DNA from: Geobacter metallireducens GS-15
GTDB lineage: Bacteria > Desulfobacterota > Desulfuromonadia > Geobacterales > Geobacteraceae
Direction of reading: 5' to 3'
DNA length: 32,000 nucleotides
NCBI RefSeq assembly: GCF_000012925.1
Contig: NC_007517.1
Location: 3,030,001 to 3,062,000, forward strand
In this document: one piece after another, positions 24,723 through 32,000 of the stretch
How positions within the stretch are numbered: position 1 is the stretch's first letter
How the letters are laid out: each line of letters begins with the position of its first letter
Position numbers and translations under genes: made by a program
Notes under the pieces: model-generated
Told to the model about the DNA's origin: nothing
Database searches by the model: none
Seen by the model: only the letters and a program-made list of their open reading frames with translations

Positions 24723-24878
24723 ATGCTCTTGCGCCTCATCATACCGGGATTTTCGGAGATCGACCATCAGATCGCCAAGCTCAGGGAATTGCGGGACTCG
24801 TTCCGGGCCTCCAATGAAAACCGGTCCTATTCCCGGAAAGAGCCACACGCTTTCTTCCCACCCACAAAGGAACCGTAA
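24723..24878 (+). CDS. Speculative 51-aa ORF with a near-ideal Shine-Dalgarno sequence
   Basis: Too short for the ORF track. GAAGGAGG ends 8 nt before the ATG at 24723. My translation is MLLRLIIPGFSEIDHQIAKLRELRDSFRASNENRSYSRKEPHAFFPPTKEP*. I recognised no homology. Confidence 0.25.
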   Translation: MLLRLIIPGFSEIDHQIAKLRELRDSFRASNENRSYSRKEPHAFFPPTKEP

Positions 24879-24966
24879 GCACTACACCGAAAGATTGGCC
24901 TTCTTGATCCCAACTGAACGAGCCATGCCGTGTCAGCATTAATTCCTTACAGCATCGGTCAACATC

Positions 24967-24995
24967 TTGTCTCTTCATCGCTTTTCTGTTACTAT
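24967..24995 (+). promoter_or_regulatory. Candidate sigma70-type promoter for the che operon (TTGTCT-N17-TACTAT)
   Basis: Read directly from the sequence. It lies about 150 nt upstream of the first cheW start. Confidence 0.25.
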
Positions 24996-25142
24996 CCTCG
25001 CCTAATTAAGCCACTCCTATTTTCCGTCGCACCTTTCCGCTGAACCCGAATAACCGGTTGAAAATGTACGCAAGTCCGCCGTCACTTCCCGCGAAGGTTT
25101 TCAGCGCAGACACACCCGTGCAATCAATAAGGCGATGGCCCC

Positions 25143-25610
25143 GTGAGCGAATCCTGTCACCTCGTTATCTTCACCCTCGACGATCAGCGCTATGCGCTGC
25201 ACCTTTCAGCCGTGGACCGGACCGTCCGCATGGTCGAGATCACCCCCCTGCCAAAAGCGCCCGGCATAGTTCTCGGCGTCATCTCCGTGAACGGAATGAT
25301 TGTACCGGTCCTGGACATCCGTCGCCGTTTCGCCCTCCCGGAGCGGAAAACGGGCCTGGGCGACCACCTGGTCATCGCCCGGACGGCGAAACGGACCGTG
25401 GCCCTTGCGGTCAACGGCGTCCATGAGGTCATCGAGCGGCCGGCAGGCGAAATCATCCCTCCCGAGGCGGTCCTTCCCGGCATGGAGCATGTGCATGGAG
25501 TAGTGAAACTTGAGGATGGGATGGTCTTTATCCACGATCTCGACGGCTTCCTTTCCCTGGAGGAAGAACAGGTCCTGGACGCGGCAATGGAACAGGAACG
25601 CCATGCCTGA
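25143..25610 (+). CDS. cheW: CheW-like coupling protein (copy 1)
   Basis: 155 aa with a GTG start. It is a single CheW domain (LVIFTLDDQRYALHLSAVDRTVRMVEITPLPKAPGIVLGVISVNGMIVPVLDIRRRF). Confidence 0.85.
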   Translation: MSESCHLVIFTLDDQRYALHLSAVDRTVRMVEITPLPKAPGIVLGVISVNGMIVPVLDIRRRFALPERKTGLGDHLVIARTAKRTVALAVNGVHEVIERPAGEIIPPEAVLPGMEHVHGVVKLEDGMVFIHDLDGFLSLEEEQVLDAAMEQERHA

Positions 25611-25631
25611 TCCCCCCTTGGCGACAGAGCC

Positions 25632-27149
25632 ATGACGCACCATATTTCCCGTCAGCTCCTGTCACGGTTCAGTGAGTTCGTTTCCTGCCAACTCGGCCTC
25701 CATTTTCCGGAAAAGCGCTGGCGCGACCTCGAACGCAGAACGATCCATGCTGCCCGGGACCTCGGCTTCAAGAGGGTGGAAGCATGCGTGCAGTGGCTCC
25801 TGTCGTCGCGGGTATCGCGGGCCGAGATCGAGATTCTCGCCAGCCACCTGACCATCGGCGAAACCTACTTCTTCCGCGAGAAAGGAGGATTTGACGCCCT
25901 TGAATCCCGCATCCTCCCGGAGCTGATCGACTCGCGGCGGGGAAAGGAACAGCGGCTGCGGATCTGGAGCGCCGGGTGCTCATCGGGCGAGGAAGCGTAT
26001 TCCATCGCGATCCTGCTCAAGAAGATGATCCCCGACATCGATGAGTGGAACGTCGCCATCCTGGCCACGGATATCAACCCCCGCGCCCTCGCCAAGGCGG
26101 CAGCGGGGATTTACAGCGACTGGTCGTTCCGCGGCGTGCCGGAGTGGGTGAAGGAACGGTATTTCACCCGCTGCCCGGACGGGCGCCTCGAAGTTCCCTT
26201 CGCCATCAGGAAGATGGTGACCTTCGCCAACCTCAACCTGGTGGAGGACACGTTCCCGTCCCTCGTGAATAACACCAATGCGATGGACATCATCTTCTGC
26301 CGCAACGTGCTGATGTACTTCGGAACGGAACAGGCCGGCCGGGCGACCGGGAATTTTCACCGTTCCCTCCTCGATGGGGGGTGGCTCCTTGTCAGCCCCT
26401 GCGAGGTATCGTCGGCTCTTTTCGCGGACTTTGACGCCGTCACGTTCCCGGGAGCGCTTTTCTACCGGAAGGGCGGGACAGGGAAACGTCCCGCCGCGTT
26501 TTCATGCCCGCTCCCGACTGAAGAGACTCTTCACCGGGAAGAGCCATCACCATTCATATTGCCTGTTCCCAGGGAGCACCTTCCCCCGGAGGCCGGTGAA
26601 GAGAAGACGCTCCCCCCGCAGCCTGAACCGTCGACCTATGAGGAGGCCTTGGCGCTCCACCGACAGGGGGAGTACCGGGAGGCCGCGGAAAGGCTGTGCA
26701 GCTTTCTCTCCGGCAGCGTCGCGACCGACGCCCCTCATCCCCTGTTCGGCAAGGCTGCCGCCCTCCTGGCGCAGCTCTTCGCCGACCTGGGCAACCTGGA
26801 GGAGGCGCTCCGGTGGTCCGGAGAGGCAATCGCCGCCGACAAGCTCAACGGGGAGCTTCACTACCTCCGCGCAACCATCCTCCAGGAGCAGGGGGCCATC
26901 GGCGACGCGGTGGCATCGTTGAAGCGGGCACTGTATCTCGACCATACCTTCGTGCTCACCCACTTCGCCCTGGGCAATCTCACCCTGGGGCAGGGGAAGA
27001 AAAGGGAAGCGGACCGCCATTTCGCCAATGCCCTGGAACTTCTCGGCGCATACCGTGACGATGATCCGGTGCCGGGGGGAGATGGAATGACCGCCGGCAG
27101 GCTTGCCGACATCATCGGCTCGACCCGGGGAGCAGGACAAAATCCGTGA
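25632..27149 (+). CDS. cheR: Chemotaxis protein methyltransferase CheR with a C-terminal TPR domain
   Basis: 505 aa. It has a CheR_N domain and a SAM methyltransferase domain (LRIWSAGCSSGEEAYS, IFCRNVLMYF), a Pro-rich linker at about residues 285-333, then TPR-like repeats (YEEALALHRQGEYREAAERL ... LRATILQEQGAIGDAVASLKRALYLD). Confidence 0.88.
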   Translation: MTHHISRQLLSRFSEFVSCQLGLHFPEKRWRDLERRTIHAARDLGFKRVEACVQWLLSSRVSRAEIEILASHLTIGETYFFREKGGFDALESRILPELIDSRRGKEQRLRIWSAGCSSGEEAYSIAILLKKMIPDIDEWNVAILATDINPRALAKAAAGIYSDWSFRGVPEWVKERYFTRCPDGRLEVPFAIRKMVTFANLNLVEDTFPSLVNNTNAMDIIFCRNVLMYFGTEQAGRATGNFHRSLLDGGWLLVSPCEVSSALFADFDAVTFPGALFYRKGGTGKRPAAFSCPLPTEETLHREEPSPFILPVPREHLPPEAGEEKTLPPQPEPSTYEEALALHRQGEYREAAERLCSFLSGSVATDAPHPLFGKAAALLAQLFADLGNLEEALRWSGEAIAADKLNGELHYLRATILQEQGAIGDAVASLKRALYLDHTFVLTHFALGNLTLGQGKKREADRHFANALELLGAYRDDDPVPGGDGMTAGRLADIIGSTRGAGQNP

Positions 27150-27173
27150 TGGGCATGAAGTGAGGAGTTCTCC

Positions 27174-27791
27174 ATGACACATACCCCTTTCGCAAAATCG
27201 GGGAAAGCCATCGACTGGGATGACATCCACCAACGGCTTGAAGCGGCCCGCAAAGCCCTCAGCCAGGAGCTGTCTCCCGACGAAGAGAAGCGCATCCTGA
27301 AGACGCGGGCGGCTGCCCTTGCCCGGGAACCCCTCTCCGGGGAGACAACCGAAGGGCACCTGGAAATTCTCGAATTCCTCCTGGCCTACGAACGGTACGG
27401 CATCGAGATGTCCTGGGTTCGGGAGACCTGCCCCCTGAAGGATCTCACCCCAATCCCCTGCACGCCACCCTTCGTCCTCGGCCTCATCAACGTGCGAGGG
27501 GAGATCATTTCCGTCATCGACCTGAAAAAATTCTTCGACCTCCCGGAAAAGGGGTTGACGGACCTCAACAAGGTGGTCATCGTCCATGGCGGCGACATGA
27601 CCTTCGGCATCCTGGCGGACGAGATCCTCGGCGTGCGCCCGGTCCCCGGCGATGCAATCCAACCCACCCTCCCCACCCTCACCGGCATCAGGGAGGAGTA
27701 CCTGAAGGGGATCACCGGTGAGCGGGCGATAATCCTGGACGGAAGCCGGATCCTCAACGACAGGCGCATCATCGTCAATGACGAAGGGTGA
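27174..27791 (+). CDS. cheW: CheW-like coupling protein (copy 2) with an N-terminal extension of about 60 aa
   Basis: 205 aa with GAGGAG upstream. The CheW domain starts at about residue 62 (LEILEFLLAYERYGIEMSWVRE...LINVRGEIISVIDLKKFF). Confidence 0.85.
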   Translation: MTHTPFAKSGKAIDWDDIHQRLEAARKALSQELSPDEEKRILKTRAAALAREPLSGETTEGHLEILEFLLAYERYGIEMSWVRETCPLKDLTPIPCTPPFVLGLINVRGEIISVIDLKKFFDLPEKGLTDLNKVVIVHGGDMTFGILADEILGVRPVPGDAIQPTLPTLTGIREEYLKGITGERAIILDGSRILNDRRIIVNDEG

Positions 27792-27848
27792 ACGCCCATC
27801 GGGCAAAGTTTTCAATAACTACGCACTGAAGAAAGGAAGAACGGGAAC

Positions 27849-29465
27849 ATGATGGATATGCGAATACGGACACGGCTCCTTGTGAGTTTCGCGATCGTTC
27901 TGGCGCTCCTGGTGGGAGTCGGGGGCTATTCCCTGAACCGGATGAACCTCCTGGCGGACCTCACCAACGATCTGTACGAACACCCCTTCACCGTCAGGAA
28001 GTCGATCCGCGATGCCTATCTCAACCTGATGCAGATGAACCGCTCCCTGAACAGGATGGTAACGTCGCCGGACAACACTATGGTCTCCGCGGACATGCAG
28101 GCGATCAACGATTCCGAAAAGGAGTTCCTGAAGAACATGGGGATCATCAGGGAGCGGTTCCTCGGCAAGCAGGGCGACGTTGACGACGTCATCAAGACCT
28201 ATGAAGAGTGGAAGCCGCTCCGGGACCGGGTTATCGCCCTGACGGCCGCCAACCAGAAAGGGAAGGCGAAGGAACTCCTCTCCGGTGCCGAAGCGAAGCT
28301 TTTCACGGCCCTGGACAAGGAGACTGGAGATATACTCAGCTTTTCCGACCGTAACGCAAGCGAGTTTTTCAAAGGGGCACAGAGTACGGCAAGGATGTCT
28401 CTGATCCTCACCGCCCTCGCCATTGCCGCCGCCGCCGGAATCGTCGTTCTGGTTGCCGTCACCCTCACCCGCAGCATCATCCGCCCCCTCGGCACGGCAA
28501 TGGGGGTCGCGGCGCGGGTGGCCGACGGCGACCTGACCGTGACGGTCCCCCCCGTCAGTGGGCAGGACGAGATGAACCTCCTCCTCCAGACCTTTGGCCG
28601 GATGGTGGAGAATCTCCGCCGGCAGGCCATGGATATCCAGGAGGGGGTGAACGTCCTTGCGGCCTCGGCGGGAGAGATCCTGGCCTCAACCACCCAGGTG
28701 GCCTCCAGCGCGGCCGAAACGGCGAGCGCCCTGAACGAAACCACCGCCACCGTGGAAGAGGTGAAGCAGACCACGCAACTGGCCGCCCAGAAGGCCCGGA
28801 ATGTGGCCGACACCGCCCAGCGGTCGCTGCAGGTATCCCAGGGAGGGAGGAAAGCGGTGGAAAGCTCCGTCGAAGGGATGAACCGGATCCGCGAGCAGAT
28901 GGCGACCATCGCCGAGAGCATCGTGAACCTCAGCGAGCAGAGCCACGCCATCGGGGAGATTATCGCCACGGTCAACGACCTGGCCGAGCAGTCGAACCTC
29001 CTGGCCGTCAACGCCTCCATCGAGGCGGCAAAGGCGGGGGAGCACGGCAAGGGGTTTGCCGTGGTGGCCCATGAAGTCAAGAGCCTGGCCGACCAGTCGA
29101 AGCAGGCCACCGCCCAGGTGCGGGCGCTGCTGAACGATATCCAGAAAGGGACCAACGCCGCGGTGATGGCGACGGAGCAGGGGAGCAAGGCTGTTGAGGC
29201 GGGCGAAAAACAGGCGGCTGAGGCGGGAGAGGCAATCCAGCTCCTGACGGAAAGCATCGCCGAATCGGCCAACGCCTCGGCCCAGATCACCGCCACCAGC
29301 CAGCAGCAGTTGGTCGGCATGGATCAGGTGGCCCTGGCCATGGAAAACATCAGCGAGGCAAGCGCCCTGAGCGTCACCAGCACGAAACAGGCCGAGTCCT
29401 CCGCCCAGAATCTCCATGAGTTGGGACAGAAGCTGAAGCGGCTGGTGGAGCAACTCAAACTGTAA
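27849..29465 (+). CDS. Methyl-accepting chemotaxis protein (4-helix-bundle-type periplasmic sensor, HAMP, about 20+20-heptad signalling domain)
   Basis: 538 aa. TM1 spans about residues 10-29, the periplasmic region is about 155 aa, TM2 spans about residues 184-206, and a HAMP domain follows. The conserved hairpin tip is [35 protein letters not shown]. There is no C-terminal NWETF-type pentapeptide. Confidence 0.9.
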   Translation: MMDMRIRTRLLVSFAIVLALLVGVGGYSLNRMNLLADLTNDLYEHPFTVRKSIRDAYLNLMQMNRSLNRMVTSPDNTMVSADMQAINDSEKEFLKNMGIIRERFLGKQGDVDDVIKTYEEWKPLRDRVIALTAANQKGKAKELLSGAEAKLFTALDKETGDILSFSDRNASEFFKGAQSTARMSLILTALAIAAAAGIVVLVAVTLTRSIIRPLGTAMGVAARVADGDLTVTVPPVSGQDEMNLLLQTFGRMVENLRRQAMDIQEGVNVLAASAGEILASTTQVASSAAETASALNETTATVEEVKQTTQLAAQKARNVADTAQRSLQVSQGGRKAVESSVEGMNRIREQMATIAESIVNLSEQSHAIGEIIATVNDLAEQSNLLAVNASIEAAKAGEHGKGFAVVAHEVKSLADQSKQATAQVRALLNDIQKGTNAAVMATEQGSKAVEAGEKQAAEAGEAIQLLTESIAESANASAQITATSQQQLVGMDQVALAMENISEASALSVTSTKQAESSAQNLHELGQKLKRLVEQLKL

Positions 29466-29547
29466 CGGGCAAGGGGCAATCTTGTATTCACCCGTGCGCC
29501 GACGCGCTTCAGCGCACAGGCACTGGTCGCCCCTACATGGAACACCC

Positions 29548-31815
29548 ATGGATAAAGACTTTCTGAAAAAACTTCTGGCAACCTTCGCGGTCGAATCCAG
29601 GGAGCGCCTCGACGCCATCTCCACCACACTCGTGGAACTGGAGCAGAGCAGTTCCCCCGCGAGGGAGCTGGAGCTGATCGAGGCGCTCTTCAGGGAAACC
29701 CACAGCCTGAAAGGTGCTGCCCGCTCCGTCAATGCGGCGTCCATCGAGGCGGTGAGCCATGCCTTGGAGAACCTCTTCTCGGCCATGAAACGCCGGGAGG
29801 TGGAGCCGGTGCCGGAACTGTTCGATCTCCTCCACACGGCGGTCGACACGATAGGGGGACTACTCCCGTCCCTTGAAACCGGCCCCTCCACCACGGAAAA
29901 GGAGCGTCTCAAGGAGGTGGTGTTCCGCCTGCACCAGGCCCAGCGGGGCACCCTTCCCCCCCGTCCTCCGGCACCCGCTCCCCCCCCGGAACAGGAGGAA
30001 CCCTCCCAGGCCGGGAAAGCGACAGCACCGCAGACCGTGAGAATAGCCACCGAGAAACTCGACACCCTTCTCCACCAGACCGAAGGGATGCTGACGGCGA
30101 AGCTGGCCGCGGCCCAAAGGGCGAAGGAGTTGCGTGGTGAACTCCAGGCGCTGGCCCTCTGGGAAAAGGAGTGGAAAAAGCTGCTGCCTTCATTGCGGCG
30201 CCTGCGCAGGGAGCTGAAAAGCGGGGCGAACAGCGGGACCGCTTCGGAGGGAAGCGATGCGCCCACCAGGAAACTCCTCGAATTCCTCGACTGGAATCAG
30301 GTGGTGGTCAAGATGACACGGTATCGGCTGAGCCGCCTGACCAGAGGGGCGGAGCACGACCTCATGCACCTGGGGGACATGGTGGAGAGCCTCCTGGGAG
30401 ATGTGCGGGAGGCGCTGATGCTCCCCTTCTCGTCACTGCTGTCGCTCCTCCCGAAGCTCGTCCGCGACCTCTCCCGGGACCGGGGCAAGGAGGTGGAGCT
30501 GGTCGTGGAGGGGGAGGCCATCGAGATCGACCGGCGGGTCCTGGAGGAGATGAAGGACCCCTTCGTGCACCTGGTACGGAACTGCATCGACCACGGCATC
30601 GAACGCCCCGCGGAGCGGGAGCGGCAGGGGAAGCCCCCCCGCGGGAGGATCGCCATCACCGTCGCCCTCTCTGATAACAAGAGGGTCGAGATCGTCATTG
30701 CCGACGACGGGGCCGGCATCAACGTCATCCGCCTTCAGGAAGCGGCCGTGAAGCTGGGCCTTGTCTCCCTGGAAGGGGCGGAACAGGATGAGGGACAGGA
30801 TCCCCTCTCCCTCATCTTCGCCTCGGGACTGTCAACGAGCCCTGTCATCGACGACATCTCGGGGAGGGGGCTCGGCCTCGCCATCGTGCGGGATAAAGTG
30901 GAGCGGCTCGGCGGAACCATCGCCGTCGAAAGCGAGGCGGGACTCGGGACCACCTTCCGCATCACCCTCCCCCTGACCCTCTCCACCTTCAGGGGGGTGC
31001 TGGTCCGGGCGGGCGGCCACCTCTTCGTGCTGCCGACCACCGACGTGGAGCGCGTGGCCCGGAAAGGGAGAACGGCCATCGCCACCGTTGAAAACCGGGA
31101 AACCATCGAACTGGACGGCCGAACTCTCTCCTTTGCCAGATTGAGCGACGTCCTGGAGCTTCCGCGCACGGAAAGGGGCGATGGAGACGGGGAGCACCTC
31201 TCCTTCTTCGTCCTCCCCACCGAGCACGGGGGAATCGCCTTCGGGGTGGACGAGGTCGTGGGGGAGCAGGAGGTGACGGTCAAGGGGCTCGGGCCTCAAC
31301 TGCGCCGCGTGCGCAACATTGCCGGCGCCACGGTTCTGGGGAGCGGCAAGGTGGCGCCGATCCTGAACAGCAGCGACCTGGTAAAGTCGGCGGTCAGGGT
31401 CGCCGGGGCAGGCACCGTCACCGGCTACGCACCTCCTGCGGAGGAAGCGGCTCCGCGCTCGATCTTGGTCGTAGAGGATTCGATCACCGCCCGGACGCTC
31501 CTGAAGAACATCCTGGAAGCGGCAGGCTACCGGGTAAAAACCGCCGTGGACGGTGTCGACGCCCTGACGCTGCTCGGCACCGAGGATTTCGACCTGGTGG
31601 TCTCCGACGTGGACATGCCGCGCATGAACGGCTTCGAGTTGACCGGAAGGATCCGTGAATCACGGCAGCTGGCCGAGCTGCCGGTGGTGCTGGTAACTTC
31701 CCTCGACTCCCGCGAGGACCGGGAACGGGGGGTCGATGCCGGGGCAAACGCCTATATCGTGAAGAGCAGTTTCGACCAGAGCAATCTGCTGGATGCCATA
31801 CGGAGGCTGATTTGA
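29548..31815 (+). CDS. cheA: Hybrid chemotaxis histidine kinase CheA with a C-terminal CheY-like receiver
   Basis: The track ORF 29482..31815 is trimmed to MDKDFLKKLL. That gives 755 aa. Domain order: HPt (ETHSLKGAA), Pro-rich linker, long dimerisation region, HATPase (HLVRNCIDHGIE, DDGAGI, GRGLGLAIV), CheW-like P5, REC (LVVSDVDMPRMNG, YIVKS). There is no obvious P2 domain. Confidence 0.9.
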   Translation: MDKDFLKKLLATFAVESRERLDAISTTLVELEQSSSPARELELIEALFRETHSLKGAARSVNAASIEAVSHALENLFSAMKRREVEPVPELFDLLHTAVDTIGGLLPSLETGPSTTEKERLKEVVFRLHQAQRGTLPPRPPAPAPPPEQEEPSQAGKATAPQTVRIATEKLDTLLHQTEGMLTAKLAAAQRAKELRGELQALALWEKEWKKLLPSLRRLRRELKSGANSGTASEGSDAPTRKLLEFLDWNQVVVKMTRYRLSRLTRGAEHDLMHLGDMVESLLGDVREALMLPFSSLLSLLPKLVRDLSRDRGKEVELVVEGEAIEIDRRVLEEMKDPFVHLVRNCIDHGIERPAERERQGKPPRGRIAITVALSDNKRVEIVIADDGAGINVIRLQEAAVKLGLVSLEGAEQDEGQDPLSLIFASGLSTSPVIDDISGRGLGLAIVRDKVERLGGTIAVESEAGLGTTFRITLPLTLSTFRGVLVRAGGHLFVLPTTDVERVARKGRTAIATVENRETIELDGRTLSFARLSDVLELPRTERGDGDGEHLSFFVLPTEHGGIAFGVDEVVGEQEVTVKGLGPQLRRVRNIAGATVLGSGKVAPILNSSDLVKSAVRVAGAGTVTGYAPPAEEAAPRSILVVEDSITARTLLKNILEAAGYRVKTAVDGVDALTLLGTEDFDLVVSDVDMPRMNGFELTGRIRESRQLAELPVVLVTSLDSREDRERGVDAGANAYIVKSSFDQSNLLDAIRRLI

Positions 31816-31836
31816 GCTGTGGAGTAAGAGGCTGAG

Positions 31837-32000
31837 ATGGTGAAGGTTCTCATTGTGGACGACTCGGCGAGCGTGCGGCTGTTCCTTCAGGGGCTGCTCG
31901 CCGCCGACCCGGGGATAGAGGTGATCGGCACCGCGGCGGACGGGGATGAAGCTGTCGAAGCGGTGGCGCGGCTGAATCCCGACGTGGTAACCATGGACAT
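31837..32000 (+). CDS. cheB: Protein-glutamate methylesterase CheB, N-terminal receiver part (continues beyond the window)
   Basis: Not in the ORF track because it is truncated. My translation from the ATG at 31837 is [54 protein letters not shown]... GAGG lies upstream. It starts 21 nt after the cheA stop. Confidence 0.85.
   Translation, partial: MVKVLIVDDSASVRLFLQGLLAADPGIEVIGTAADGDEAVEAVARLNPDVVTMD

Noticed and set aside
24591-24978. Two minus-strand ORFs (85 aa and 65 aa) in the phoU-cheW spacer
   Set aside because: They have no SD. The first overlaps the phoU terminator. I recognised no domain. The plus-strand 51-aa ORF with a strong SD is the only candidate I kept, and only at low confidence.
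24587-25142. Idea that the che operon is a phosphate-taxis module co-regulated with pst-phoU because of adjacency
   Set aside because: A strong terminator (24596-24621) and a 520-bp spacer separate them. I found no Pho-box-like 11-bp-phased repeat upstream of cheW. Adjacency alone is not evidence.
24880-25142. Search for sigma54 (TGGCAC-N5-TTGC) or sigma28 (TAAA-N15-GCCGATAA) promoters upstream of the che operon
   Set aside because: TGGCC...TTGAT and CCGAATAA fragments occur, but without the correctly spaced partner element. Only a moderate sigma70-like match (24967-24995) remains.
26547-30266. 422-aa (26547..27815) and 526-aa (28686..30266) minus-strand ORFs, plus 28199..29320, across cheR, cheW, mcp and cheA
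   Set aside because: They are antisense to genes with clear Che-family motifs. They have no SD, biased composition, and span several real gene boundaries.
1-32000. Mobile element, prophage, defence island or horizontally acquired segment
   Set aside because: There is no transposase, integrase or recombinase, no tRNA attachment site, and no terminal inverted or direct repeats flanking a block. The only low-GC stretches are ordinary intergenic promoter regions.

Overview
This is a 32-kb, roughly 60% GC chromosomal segment that is densely coding. I count about 29 solid protein genes plus 2 speculative small ORFs. I saw no rRNA, tRNA, CRISPR array, transposase, integrase or recognisable defence gene. 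The protein content (eukaryote-type citrate synthase, ndk-rlmN order, Pho regulon, a che operon) suggests a Geobacter-like Desulfuromonadales genome; that taxon call is inference only.

Left third, mostly minus strand: a partial PilF-like TPR lipoprotein, PfkB kinase, MTA phosphorylase, RlmN, Ndk, a tiny Ala/Pro-rich lipoprotein, an AMMECR1-family protein (+), citrate synthase, M24 peptidase, a small membrane ORF and an acyl-CoA synthetase.

Middle: phoB-phoR (+). Then a convergent minus-strand block of lytS-lytT (BtsS/BtsR-like), cstA and a D-2-hydroxyacid dehydrogenase. Then DUF502, followed by psiE and pstSCAB-phoU (+).

Right: a chemosensory operon, cheW-cheR(TPR)-cheW-mcp-cheA::REC-cheB, which runs off the window.

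Most long track ORFs that overlap these genes on the other strand or frame are GC-bias artefacts. I do not see a clear-cut new multi-gene system, and the window looks like core chromosome. The most interesting signals are these:
- Three ACCATTCA-type boxes with 13-nt spacers upstream of cstA, resembling a YehT/BtsR operator.
- TGTAAC-type Pho-box candidates phased at 11 bp, with the same promoter geometry upstream of phoB, psiE and pstS.
- A repeated TAGTATACTG palindrome in the long gltA leader.
- A Wsp/ACF-like chemosensory cluster whose CheA has a dimerisation region about twice the usual length.
- A strongly expressed mini-lipoprotein that ends in Lys.
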